This document shows positions 12,609 to 24,457 of a DNA stretch of 64,000 nt, piece after piece. The DNA lies in assembly GCA_951406725.2 (NCBI GenBank), contig OX597815.1, positions 41,788,001 to 41,852,000 on the forward strand, written 5' to 3'. The notes under the pieces are model-generated. The model was not told where the DNA came from. It ran no database searches and saw only the letters and a program-made list of their open reading frames with translations. Numbering within the stretch: the stretch's first letter is position 1; each line of letters begins with the position of its first letter. A program made the translations under genes and the position numbers. The stretch is from Octopus vulgaris (Eukaryota).

Positions 12609-12858
12609 AAAAGTTCCTTCCTGAGTCATATACACTCATAGGGTTGGTTTTCCCAGTTTTTGTGGTGTATATATTCCCCACCTGGACAGAACGCCAGTCC
12701 AGCACAGATTTACTCATTTTTGCCAGCTGAGTGAACTGGAGTAATGTGAAATAAAGTGTTTTACTCAAGAACACAATGTGTTGCCTGGTCCAGGAATTGA
12801 AACCACTATCTTACGATCATGAATCCAACACCCTAACCACTAAGCCATGCACCTCCAC
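12609..12858 (-). mobile_element. SINE family D (tRNA head + CORE-like domain) with tail type 1
   Basis: Minus: ggaggtgcatggcttagtggttagg...ggtttcaattcc...gtgttcttgagtaaaacacttt...ggactggcgttctgtccaggtggggaa. Confidence 0.8.
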
Positions 12859-14099
12859 AGAGGGTTACCAAAGTCGACAATTATAATGAGTTAACTCCCA
12901 CCCTTCATAGAGGTATCCATAAAGCTCTGTTTTTGTTCAATGTGAGGAGCCATTTTGGAACATCTCATTACCGCTGAGTCTGGATCTCATCTCTTCAATA
13001 AGAAATTACAACAATATCTAACATTGTTTTCTTCAGTGATACAGAGGAAAAATGCTTTTGCTGTTGTTTTTCTTGTAGTTTTTCCAAGTTAATTTTGATC
13101 AAGAAGCCACACAACCACCATATTTTCAAAGTATTCCAGTTATGACCAACTTGTCTTTGGTGTAACTACAGCTGGCAGAATCATTAGCATGTCAGGCAAA
13201 ATGCTCAGTGACATTTTGTCTGTCTTCACATTTTGAGATCAAATCCTGCTACAGTCGACTTTGCCTTTCATCCTTTCGGGTTCAATAAAATAAGTGTCAG
13301 TTCAGCAGTTTGGTCAATATAATCATCCCTAGAACTTGCTGGCTTTGTGCCAAAAATTTGAAACCAACATGCAGGACATCATTCATTATCTAATGTTTCC
13401 TTTCTATAATTAAGAAGATAAAATATGATTTGGAGAACATTCGGTTGATATTTATATTAGGTTGAACAACCATGTAAAGGCTCCTCATTGGCTGCAAGAC
13501 AAGTCATTTGTAATTAAAAGTGAATAGTGGGTTAGTGTGGTTTTGCTAGTTTTGAGGTGTGAGACAGTAGAAATGACATGTATAAAAGACGGTTTGAGAG
13601 AGATATTATTTTAAGCACAGAGTACAACTAATGACTACAAAAGTTTGAAGGGTTAGCCTTGTGGGTCTTATGACAGTTGTGCATTTGCAGACATCATGGT
13701 TTTCTTTTTGAGATAGAGTTTTAGATTGGATACTATTCATGCTTTTAACTTTTTTCAAGACTGATTGCTTTATTTATTGTTCTGAGTAGGTTTTAAGAAG
13801 GGAATGACACCCAATCAAGAAGGCAAAGACAAGTGTAATAAAAAATACTAGGTCAGAACAGTTGAGTTTAGTGTATTGGAAATCATTACTGTGATAGTAA
13901 AACAAGAACAGTGAAATTGTTATTTACAAACTGCTTATGGAACAATGTATATTTAACAAAAAGTTAACCAATCAGAAATGACAGCAAAGGAAATATATAC
14001 ATGGTAGGATTGAGAGCAAAATAAATAATTTTAAAAAGTATTTTTATTGATCTGGTCTGGTCTGCAGGAAGGAGCTGTGATTATTGCCTTCACAACCAC

Positions 14100-14640
14100 T
14101 TTGATGTAAAGTTCTGCTTGAATAGTTATATGTTGTCTGCTGCAGGAAAATTACATTGCAGGGGCAGAACTCCAGAGGGTAGTTTTGGATATGAATGATT
14201 GGGTGTAATGTTCAGTGTTTAGGGGAGATGAAAGGGATAAAGTTGACACAGTATGGAAGACGAGAGAAGGAGAGATGAGTGAGAAAAGGATAAATACAAG
14301 AATTGACCTGAGATCAGCTAAGTAAAAGGCAGAGTGAGTAGCCAGCACACTTCTAGAATATAAATTGAAGTGTGGATGGTGAGCAATTTCATGCACATCA
14401 ATGTGGTAGTGGTCTTTGTTTGGATGCAGGTTAGGATGTTTGTATACAGCAACTGCACGGACTGTCCCAAATGTTTGAGTAGTACTTCACTGTAAGTTTT
14501 ATTTGAGCATTGTCAAGAATTAAATATTTTAGGGAATTAAATATTTTTCTGACTCTAAGGAGAAAGGTAAGTTTTTGTGATACAGTTTTGGTTATGCCGA
14601 GGATGTGCATTTTGTGGTAGGACATAACATTTGTAGTTAT
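14100..14640 (-). pseudogene. CR1/L2-like LINE ORF2 C-terminal fragment
   Basis: HILGITKTVSQKLTFLLRVRK...LILDNAQIKLTVKYYSNIWD resembles HI..I...A...L..L.R....L.LY...IRP.LEY.S.VW. Confidence 0.6.
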
Positions 14641-15303
14641 GTTACACTTATTTTATATGTTGCACACAGATTACAGAAATTCATATGATATTCTATATTG
14701 TTATACTAACAATGCACCAGCTGTTATAACCTACAACCGCATTGTATTATTTGTTCTTTTCATATGGGCAGAATCAGCACTTTTTTTTATAAACACGTCT
14801 TTCAGTTATTTTATGATGAACAAAGCTGCAGTTTCTGTCTACCAAATACAGTCATAGGTCTGTGATTGGCCTAGGGCTATAGTAGAAAACACTTGCCCAA
14901 GGTACCATGTAGAGGAACCGAACATGGAACCATGTGGTTGAGAAGCAAACTTCTCAACCACACAGTCATTCTTGCACCTAGTATATGTGTGTGTGTGTGT
15001 GTGTGCTTTTACATTTGTTGTTAAATTGAGTATTGTGTCCCACTATGTCTCAAAGTTAGCAGTTCATCAAGTAGAGAACTATAAAATAAATGCCAGATTG
15101 AAATACATATTGAGGTTAGTATGATCAATTAAATTTTTGAAGGTGATACCCCATCATGATGACAATCGAAAGACTAAACCCAGTAAGATAATGTTTAAAG
15201 ACTTAATGGCTTCAAATTTAAGGTAATGGATTACTAACCACAAACTTTGTATTGAACTTCCACTCTATACAGTAACACTATATGAACATCTCAGTCTACT
15301 TAC

Positions 15304-15367
15304 TTCCAACAATTAACAATTCTAATTTGAAGTTGAATGGTTAGCAATAAAACGATGTCCAGATTTC
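15304..15367 (-). other. Candidate short exon (64 nt), possibly 5'UTR
   Basis: Acceptor tattttgcataatgattttttag| and donor ggaa|gtaagt; non-repetitive; same strand as the 6655-6763 exon. Confidence 0.35.
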
Positions 15368-15636
15368 CTAAAAAATCATTATGCAAAATATTCTGAGAAA
15401 AAGTATATTTTTCACCACAACACATCCTCCCACACACACACACACAGGTGTCTCTGTGATAACTTGAGCTACTACAAATAGCAGTGAAATCTCTTAAAAC
15501 ACACCCTTTCATCAATATTTACACTATTTCAGGGAAAAAAAAAAAAGAACTGTGATGGGTCTGCTACATCAGAGGCAACTCTGGGCTAAACAAAACACAA
15601 ACATACTTCACATTAAAAGTTTATCTACTAAATAAT

Positions 15637-15948
15637 ACTAATAAAATTGACGGTATACCTTTGAAGACCCATTCCCTGGTAAAACTATGTATTTTAACCG
15701 TTTTCTCATTATGCTGCAAGACATATTGTTCAGGCAGAGTTGCCTCCCTTAGCTAAAGACCTCAAAATTGTGCAACCCAACCTCGTTTTTGAGATTGCTT
15801 TTGTAGTAAAAAAGATTTGTGCAAAAAACCTACTTTATTTGGTAGCCAAAAGATTACTAAATCTTTTGATACCTCATACATCAACTCAGTTTTCAAATTC
15901 ATAAGGAACATATGCACACACACACAAACTCTGTTTTATATATTAAGA
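15637..15948 (-). mobile_element. Possible non-autonomous Helitron-like element
   Basis: Minus strand begins a|TCTTAATATATAAAAcagagtttgtgtgtgtg (TC start, AT-rich head, GT microsatellite) and ends ...TTAG|t. Confidence 0.35.
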
Positions 15949-15990
15949 TTATTGTTTAAAAGAAGTTTACATTGGCAAAATATGCCTTAA

Positions 15991-16204
15991 TCCTTTAACA
16001 TTCAAACCAGCCAAATCTGGTCCAAATATTCTACCTGTCTTATGTTCAAACTAGCCAGATCCAACCTCTCACACCTACCTGCAATGTCATTCTAAAGATA
16101 AAACAATCACACCACCAACATCTCGAAGGTATAAGATAATGCAAGAGCAATCCACGTGAATAAATAAATATTACATTTGACTGAATAATCAGAATGCTAA
16201 AGGG
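15991..16204. mobile_element. TTAA-ended (piggyBac-like) MITE
   Basis: ttaa|tcctttaacattca ... agaatgctaaaggg|ctaa imperfect TIRs. Confidence 0.7.
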
Positions 16205-16910
16205 CTAAAAAATGGTGTTAGATGACAAAATTGAAAGCGAGCTGGACAAAACACTTTACAGTATTTAGGACTCACAAGACCAGAGCTTAAACTCATTTCC
16301 ATGGTATATAAGTGTCTGAGATTACAACACTCACTCCTGAATGGGAGGTAGACTTGTCACAGGGTTAACTTCCCAGATATTGCAGGAACTCATTTACAGC
16401 TGAATGAATTACAGCAATGTAAAATGAAGTGTTTTACTCAAGAACACAATGCACTGCCTGTCCCAGGAATTGAAACTATGATCTTACAATTATGAGCTCA
16501 ACATCCTCACTTTACAGTATTCAGACAGAATTTAAATCCAGGTCAGGTTGTTGTAGCCTTTCGTCCTTCCAAGACAAATAAGATAAGTACCAGTCAACTG
16601 AATTGATTTAATCAAATATAACCTGCTCCGCCACAAAATTAGTTGCCTTGTGCCTATGTTAGATATTAATATATATACATATATTTCCATTTTTGTTCCT
16701 CTCTTCCCTTCTGTAAAAGGGTATAGGCTCTGTCTTTTGTTTTCTGTACATCTGAACTATACATACATACATACCCACAGAGCAGAAACAAATAACAAAA
16801 AGAAAGCTGCAAAATGGCATATACTATTTCCACTTATATTTTAACCACAGTGAAGGAAATAAATCTTGATATCTTGAATATCATACTCATATCTAAACAA
16901 AATGGTCTTC

Positions 16911-17166
16911 ATTCAGTCAAATGTAATTTGACTGAATAATCAGAATGCTAAAGGGCTAACAATTATGAGCTCAACATCCTCACTTTACAGTATTCAGACA
17001 GAATTTAAATCCAGGCCAGATTGTTGTAGCCAGTCAACTGGATTGATTTAATCAAATATAACCTGCTCCGCCACAAAATTAGTTGCCTTGTGCCTATGTA
17101 AGATATCAATATATATACATATATTTCCATTTTTGTTCCTCTCTTCCCTTCTGTAAAAGGGTATAG
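16911..17166 (+). repeat. Local rearranged duplication of 16171-16726
   Basis: Near-identical copy with a 16-nt inverted start and two internal deletions. Confidence 0.85.
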
Positions 17167-18386
17167 CATTTTATCAACAGTTTTCCTCCAATTTATATTA
17201 TCTATTATTTCTCTTGGGCAGTGAGCTGTGAGAATCATTAGAACACTGGAAAAAAGGTTTTGCAGTATTCCTTCCTTCTAACCCTTTACATTCTGAGTCG
17301 AAATTCTGCCGAGGTTGGATGGGGGTCAATGTACTTAACTTACCCACTTCCCTAATATTGTTGGTCTTGTGTCAAAATTATAATTTCTCTCTCTCTCATG
17401 TTTTTACATAATTCCTGTTTCATTTCAACTATATATTCTTCTTAAAATTGATTGTAATGTTTGTTAATTCACATTCTGATATGACTTCCTCATTTCGCTT
17501 TTCTTCTTTCAGGACAGTCAACCTACAACTTACAGCATAAAACAGTCAAAGTGCTTTTAACAACTCAACAATAGCAACTCTCGACTTCATGTCTGAACTG
17601 TTCCGTTTTATTTCAAATTATAAACACAAATTCTATTAGCAGGTGTGAACATATGCACAAGTGACACTTATTGTTAATATCTTTTGAAGTATTATGATGT
17701 TATTTCAAAATAAGGTGTGCTGACGGACTTGTTAGCACACTGGGCAAACTGCTTGGCAGCATTTCGCCAGTCCTTATGTTCTGAGTTCAAATTCTGTTGA
17801 GGTCGACTTTACCTTTCAAAGTCGATAAAAAAAATATCAGTTGAGTAGTGGGATCGATGTAATCAACTTACTCCCTGCCTTATAATTGCTGGACTTATGC
17901 CAAAAATTGAAACCGTTTTGTTATTTCGAAATAGAAAGGGGGAAAATATCAAACCAAATAAAGCTTGTTATTAGTTTAGACAACAATATCGTCTTGTTTC
18001 AGAGATTGGACTGTGGTCATACTGGGGTTACAGTCTTGAAGGATTTTAATCAAACAAATTCATGCCAATACTTATTCTTTATAGCCTGGTACTTATTCTA
18101 TCAATTTGTTTTGTGAAACTAGTAAATTGCAGGATGTAAACAAACCAACAATGGTTATTATGCAGTAAGGTGGAAGACAACATAGACACACACATAGATA
18201 TAGACTCCTATATATATGACGAGTTTCTTTCAGTTTCTGTTTGCCAAATCCACTCACAAGGCTTTGGTCAACCTTGGTGCCAAACAGTGGGATTGAACCA
18301 GGATCTATGTGGCTGGGAAGCAAACTTACCACATAGCCACGACTGTACCTACAAAAACTTTACTGTACTGACATAACCAGGATATA

Positions 18387-18600
18387 GGAGGGGGTGCTGA
18401 AAAGTTCCTGGCTTTAAGGGTACTACTAAAGGCCTGGTTGCAGGCCTAACCTTTGAGTTCTTTTACAGGGCTTAGAAAAACTGAAGGACTGCTGCTATAT
18501 GTGTGTGAATCAGAGGGAAATATACTGAGTGAAATCATAATTAACTGATCCTCCTGTTTTTTCTTTTACCTAAAGCCAGAAACTTGGCAGCATCTCCTTG
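18387..18600 (+). mobile_element. Mariner-derived MITE, second copy
   Basis: ggagggggtgctgaaaagttcctggcttt ... aaagccagaaactt; colinear with 10701-10917. Confidence 0.75.
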
Positions 18601-18750
18601 CATATATTTATGTTATACTTAGTTTCAGGTCAACCATAATTAAGCAGACAATGCAAAAAGCATTCCAGCCTTGACCAGTTTGTCTTTTTAAGGCGTTGTA
18701 AGGGCTACATTATCTAATATGATCTTTTAAGATGATAGGTTATGATTTAA

Positions 18751-18958
18751 TCCATTAGCAATTGAATACATGTAATACTTATTTATTCACATAGTTTTAA
18801 ATTAATCATGCATTATCTTGTGGATTCATGATTTCAATGATGTGATTACTTTTATAATGACATTGTATGGTAGATGTGAAAGGTAGAATCTGGCCAGTCT
18901 GAACGTAAAAGAGGTAGAATATTAAGGACCAGATATGGCCAGTATAAATGCTAAAGGG
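18751..18958. mobile_element. TTAA-flanked piggyBac-like MITE (opposite orientation to 15991-16204)
   Basis: TTAA|tccattagca ... aatgctaaaggg|TTAA. Confidence 0.7.
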
Positions 18959-19462
18959 TTAAGGGAAATTTGGCTGTTATTTCTAGCAGTTCGAGTGACC
19001 ATATAGAGGCTCCTTCAAGTCTACATGTATGTATATGTGAAAACGTGTATGACCAGACTAAAAAAAAAATTGAGAATTTTTGGAATGTCAATTGTACTGA
19101 TAGAATCTAGTAGATGAAAGGAAACTTTTCATTAGCCCTTTATGTTATGACAGGAAGAATTTTGCTACATAATATATATACTGTGTATAGATTGCTGCTG
19201 TCATATAGTATTTGTTATAAGATCTAGCACAGGCTGAATATTAGGTGTCAGCAATAGTTATTGTTACTGTCAACAGTGGTCACAAACTGGTGAGCACCAG
19301 CTCACTGTCTATCAATTTTTCTAAATGTTAGTACAAGGGTTGAGGTGTGTGTGTGTACGTGTACACAGGAAAGTAGGTTGGACATTGTTGCTTTTTTTTA
19401 TACATTACACACAAAAGGGTAAAATGAAAAATCTTATAAAATATTGTGTATGTGTGTGAATA

Positions 19463-19700
19463 TCACTTTGATCACTTTGACCGACCAGTCCGTCAGGCAT
19501 CCATTTGACACTGCTGGTCACAGCACGCTGTCCACTTCTCTCTGGATCGCGCCTTTCTCATCCACGTGATCCCAATCGTCCTCTTGAAATCATCACTCCA
19601 CCGTCGTGGAGGTCTTTTCCGCTCACGTGGGTACCACTCGATGACTGCGTGCGTCCACCGATTATCGGTGAGCTGGGCGACGTGTCCAGCCCATCTATAC
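19463..19700 (-). mobile_element. 5'-truncated RTE LINE insertion with 14-bp TSD
   Basis: Minus frame YRWAGHVAQLTDNRWTHAVIEWYPRERKRPPRRWSDDFKRTIGITWMRKARSREKW...* (RTE C-terminus); TSD tatgtgtgtgaata at 19449-19462 and 19701-19714. Confidence 0.9.
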
Positions 19701-19708
19701 TATGTGTG

Positions 19709-19740
<32 letters not shown>

Positions 19741-20127
19741 CTCTTTTACTTGTTTCAGTCATTTGACTGTGGCCATGCTGGAGCACCACTTTTAATTGAG
19801 TAAATCGCCCCCAGGACTTATTCTTTGGATGCCTAGTACTTATTCTATCGGTCTCTTTTTGTCAAACCACTAAGTTACAGGGATGTAAACACACCACCAT
19901 CAGTTGTCAAGCAATGTTGGGGGGACAAACACAGACACACAAACACACATATATACATCTATATGACGGGCTCTGTCAGTTTCTGTCTACCAAATCCACT
20001 CACAATACTTTAGTCAGCTTGAGGCTATAGTAGAAGATACTTGCCTAAGGTGCCATGCTGCGGGACTGAATCTGGAATCATGTGGTTCATAAGCAAACTA
20101 CTTACCACACAGCCACTCCTATGCCTA
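19741..20127 (-). mobile_element. SINE family A, full length
   Basis: Head ggagtggctgtgtggtaag, CORE-like ccttaggcaagtatcttct, internal microsatellite, tail gactgaaacaagtaaaagag. Confidence 0.9.
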
Positions 20128-20264
20128 TAAGAAATTGATTTGAACATAATGAAAGTGCTACTATTACTATACAGGTCACTGCTTGGTGTCAAACTCGGAA
20201 TCTTAGGGTGAGTAGCCCGCGCTTATATTATTTGAAAAAAATTAATAGGAAAGGCTTGTGTGTG

Positions 20265-20810
20265 TGAGTATAGATGGAAACTGAAAGAAGCCTGTCGTAT
20301 ATCATCATCATCATCATTTAACGTCTGTTTTCCATGCTGGCATGGGTTGGACGGTTTGACTGAGGTCTGGAAAGCGAGCGGCTGCACCAGGTTTCAATCT
20401 GATCTGGCAATGTTTCTCCAGCTGGATGCCCTTCCTGATGCCAACCACTCCGAGAGTGTAGCGGACACTTTTTACAGGAGCCAGTCATGCGGGCTTGGCA
20501 TCAATCATGTTCGGATAGTGTTTTTTACGTGCCACCAGCACAGGAGCAAGTCAAGGGGCACTGGTACCAGCTACATTCAGATGGTGCTTTTTATGTGCCA
20601 CACACACACACACACACTGTCTGTGTGTGTATATGTGTTTTTGTGCTTGTCCCCACCACTGTGTGAGAACTGGTGTTGGTTTGTTTATATCCTTGATGCA
20701 TAAAGTACCGGGTATTAACAATAAGTAATGGGGTCAATTCATTTGATTAAAAACCTTCAAGAAGTGCCACAGCATGGCAATAGTTCAATGACTGAAACAC
20801 AAAATAGGAA
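20265..20810 (+). mobile_element. Family A SINE interrupted by an antisense RTE 3'UTR (~20301-20600)
   Basis: ggaaactgaaagaagcctgtcgtat|atcatcatc... RTE tail ...|cacacac...ccaccactg...gactgaaac. Confidence 0.75.
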
Positions 20811-21084
20811 AATAAAACACACACATACATTATATATATATACATTCACACACATATAGCAGTAAAAGACAGATGAAAACAGAAACATATAGATAAATAT
20901 GAACATGCACAACAGGGTGCAAGTCTGAGGGACTGGTTGACTGAACACATTGTTGGAAATTTGAATTTTATAACTGTTACAACAACAGTTGTAGTGTACT
21001 GTTATGAGATAAAGCAAAGTAAAGAAAAGCAAAATGCCAGCTAATCTGGCTAACAAAAATCAGATTCCATTCCTGTTCTTTTTT

Positions 21085-21122
<38 letters not shown>

Positions 21123-21178
21123 GGAGATGTACTTGTATAGCAAGTGACTTGATCTGAGATTGTCTGCTGAAACAAAAA

Positions 21179-21370
21179 CAATTGCAGCACGAAAGGTGTT
21201 TATAAACCATTTAAAAACAAACAACAAAAACTCATAAAATTTTGTCAGTGAACAGGTTGCAGTTTCAAAATAATGAAAATATTTTGACACAAATTAAATT
21301 TAAATGTTGGAGTGAATTTAACGGTTTTTGTGTGTTTTTTAAATGGTTTATAAACACCTTCCATGCTGCA

Positions 21371-21374
<4 letters not shown>
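21179..21374. mobile_element. MITE-like element with ~50-bp TIRs
   Basis: caattgcagcacgaaaggtgtttataaaccatttaaaaa ... ttttttaaatggtttataaacaccttccatgctgcaattg. Confidence 0.75.
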
Positions 21375-21427
<53 letters not shown>

Positions 21428-21431
<4 letters not shown>

Positions 21432-21520
21432 AGAGTTTACGAAAAAAACAAAAGACAAAGACAGGTGGTGTACAAAACAACAGATGTATTAGTATAACGC
21501 TCAGGAATAGAAAACGTCTT
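21428..21520 (-). mobile_element. Penelope-like pLTR fragment embedded in (TA)n
   Basis: Reverse complement (ttcctgagcgttatactaataca...ccacctgtctttgtctttt) is related to the 3' half of 24027-24170. Confidence 0.6.
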
Positions 21521-21589
21521 ATATATATACACACACACACACATAAATATCTAATAAACAGACATACATATATGAACAACGTCAAGACT

Positions 21590-22507
21590 AAGATGCTATA
21601 TGGACAGCTGCAACAGCAATTTTGAAGCTATGACCAGCAGAAAGGCATTTTCATTGTGTCGACATGCCACAATTCATCCAACAAACTGGAGGACAAACTG
21701 ATGGAAGATTGGAGCAAGGGAATCTGGGCTTTGGTGAGAGAGATAGATTGGAGTCACCACCAAGCTATGCAAGGGACATAGTCTAACAGCCAAAGCCTAG
21801 GAGAACCACTTGACGGAGAGCAAAGAAACTCCTGAACAAGCTGAGGCATTCTGTTGAGCCAGGGATAATATGGTTTTTCTAAGATGAAAAGATCAGCCAG
21901 GATTACTTTCATTACATTTTGAATAATAGGTGCTTGTCTACGATGCATATGATGTCTCATATATCCTGAAAACTAAGTTCCCCCAAACCATGATGGTCTT
22001 TAGTCTACCTCAAATCTTTGAACAGAGTCCTAGGCTCAATTCAGACAGCTTTGTGAAGCTGCTGGAAACTACTATCAATCCCTGGCTGGAGAGGGTTGCT
22101 GCTGGAAGGCCATATGTATGGCAGCAGGGTTAAGCTCCTCCTTGCCATACTTCAAGAAAGAGTCAGAAGTGGTTGTTCAAAAATTTCTATAATTTTACCA
22201 GCCCCAATTTTTGGATTTTTAATTGAAATCTCATGAATTACCATGAGTGGGATGCAGTTGAGAGAGAAAGTCACCAACTGCTTTGCCTATAAAACCTGTC
22301 TCATGAAGGACATAGTGACAAACACATGTGCCAGATACTGGAGCCGTCTTAAGGCCATGTTGGAAGTACTTTGAGTAAACTAATCCTTCAGCTATAACGC
22401 AGTTGATATTTTTTTGCTTTTTTAAACTGCATTTCTTTTTGGATGAAATATCATGTTTTCTTTTCCTTTTCTTTTCCAAACTGTCAAATTGAGCAACAAT
22501 GCCCTAT
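21590..22507 (+). mobile_element. Degenerate Tc1/mariner-superfamily transposon (maT/DD37D-like)
   Basis: KTKFPQTMMVF...LNSDSFVKLLETTINPWLERVAAGRPYVWQQ..AP.CHTSRKSQKWL..NF..F..PNFW motif series, with stops and frameshifts. Confidence 0.8.
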
Positions 22508-22660
22508 ATGCAAAAATATATAAATGCATACATGTATATACATACATACACAAAAATGTAATCAGAGCAAACCTGGAAAACAGACAAGCAAAGCATTTGG
22601 TGTAACTCGATATGTCAATTGATGCATTTCCTATATACTTAGGTATATAGACATATATAT

Positions 22661-23060
22661 AGGTGTAGGAGTGGTAGTGTGGTGAGTAGCTTGCTTACGA
22701 ACCACATGGCTCCAGGTTCAATCCCATTGCATGGCACCTTGGGCAAGTGTCTTCTACTATAGCCTCAGGCTGACCAAAGCCTTGTGAGTGGATTTGGTAG
22801 ACGGAAACTGAAAGAAGCCCGTCGTATGTATGTATGTGTGTGTATATATATGTGTGTGTGTGTGTATGTTTGTCCCCCCCCCCCCCAACATCGCTTGACA
22901 ACCGATGCTGGCGTGTTGACGTGCCCGGCAAAAGAGACCGATAGAATAAGTACTAGGCTTACAAAGAATAAGTCCTGGGGTCGATTTGCTCAACTAAAAG
23001 GCAGTGCTCCAGCATGGCCACAGTCAAAATGACTGAAACAAGTAAAAGAGTAAAAGAGAA
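22661..23060 (+). mobile_element. SINE family A, full length
   Basis: aggtgtaggagtggtagtgtggt...ggttcaatccc...ccttgggcaagtgtcttct...(TG)n...gactgaaacaagtaaaagagtaaaagag. Confidence 0.9.
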
Positions 23061-23344
23061 TATACATATGAATATATATATATATATACATATAATATAT
23101 ATATATACATATATATATACATATATACACACACACACCTGTATAAATATATGTACGCACATAATAGTAAAAGGCAGACAGAGTCAAACGGATAAATATA
23201 AGCACGACAGGTGCGAGTCTGAGGGACTGGTCTATTGAATACATTGTTAAACATTTAAATTCCATAACTGTTATAACGACAGTTATAGTGAAATAAAATA
23301 GCAGCTAAGCTGGCTAACAGAAGTTAGGATCCATTCCTGTTTTT

Positions 23345-23506
23345 TATAAATATACACATACACACACGCGTGAATGTGTGTATATGTACATATAAATCAA
23401 TGTATACATAATATATAAATATATATACATAGACATATATATACACATCTATACATACACATACACACATATATATATAAACACATCTATACATACACAT
23501 ACAAAT

Positions 23507-23540
<34 letters not shown>

Positions 23541-24027
23541 ATACATACATATATATACACACATACATACATACATACATATATATATACACACATACAT
23601 ACATAAATATATATGCACACATATACATACATATATATATATATACACACATATACATACATATACATACATATATATACACACATACATCCATAAATAT
23701 ATATGCACACATATACATACATATACATACATATATATATACATACATATATATATACACATACATATATATACACATACATATATATACACACACATAT
23801 ATATATACATATATATATACATACACACACACATACATACATACATACACACACACATACACACACACACACATACATACACATACATATATATATATAT
23901 ATATACATACATACACAAATATATATACATACATATATATATACATACCTACATATATATATATACATACCTATATATATATATACATACCTATATATAT
24001 ATATACATACATACATACATACACACG
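23345..24027. repeat. Complex (TA)/(CA)/(TACA) microsatellite tract, ~680 bp
   Basis: Almost entirely alternating purine-pyrimidine, with short internally repeated blocks. Confidence 0.95.
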
Positions 24028-24170
24028 TATCTTTCTGTTGAAGAGCGTAGGCTCGAAACGTTAAAGACTTGTTTTATTTATATTTCCTGAGCGCCATACT
24101 AATACAATTGTTTGTTTGTTTTCCACCTGCCTTCGTCTTTTGTCTATTTTCATAAAGCTTCCCATTATAT
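24027..24170 (+). mobile_element. Penelope-like pLTR mini-element with hammerhead-like motif
   Basis: tcttt CTGTTGA a gagc-gtag-gctc GAAA cgtt aaaga; near-identical copy at 46368-46510. Confidence 0.7.
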
Positions 24171-24402
24171 ATACACATACACACATAATCACTGCTGAGA
24201 TGTTATTTTTTCCATGCTGATAAAATCGTTTTTTTATTTTTAAATTAACGGTCTTATCCTTATTTATATAAATTTAAATTTATTTCGACACTGTATTTAC
24301 TGTGGCGATATTTTTGACCATATCTCACATGGAATAAAATGGCAGGCATTTTGAATTGGCCATGATGCATGGGTATACATTCGTATAAGTATTCGCATGT
24401 TG

Positions 24403-24457
<55 letters not shown>

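Noticed and set aside
16205-16590. Deletions in the 16927-17166 copy look like minus-strand GT-AG intron removal (retrocopy)
   Set aside because: The first junction keeps 5 extra nt relative to a precise splice, and the second gap is only 33 nt; microhomology explains both
17535-17600. Possible minus-strand exon ending at gtaagt (MKSRVAIVELLKAL*)
   Set aside because: No convincing acceptor, in-frame stop, and it resembles a Tc1/maT transposase N-terminal remnant
20757-21056. 99-aa ORF with a signal-peptide-like start and Cys residues
   Set aside because: Non-ATG start, C-terminus runs into microsatellite and SINE, and the paralogous segment at ~23160-23345 has a stop in this frame
22695-22931. 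Recurrent peptide LLSVSVYQIHSQGFG...EDTCPRCHAVGLN in many ORFs (also 30273, 51348, 62877)
   Set aside because: Antisense translation of the family A SINE head, not a protein family
23324-24041. Long ORFs of 112-230 aa (YIYICVCV... / HTYIYI...)
   Set aside because: Translations of a TA/CA microsatellite; stop-free because of composition
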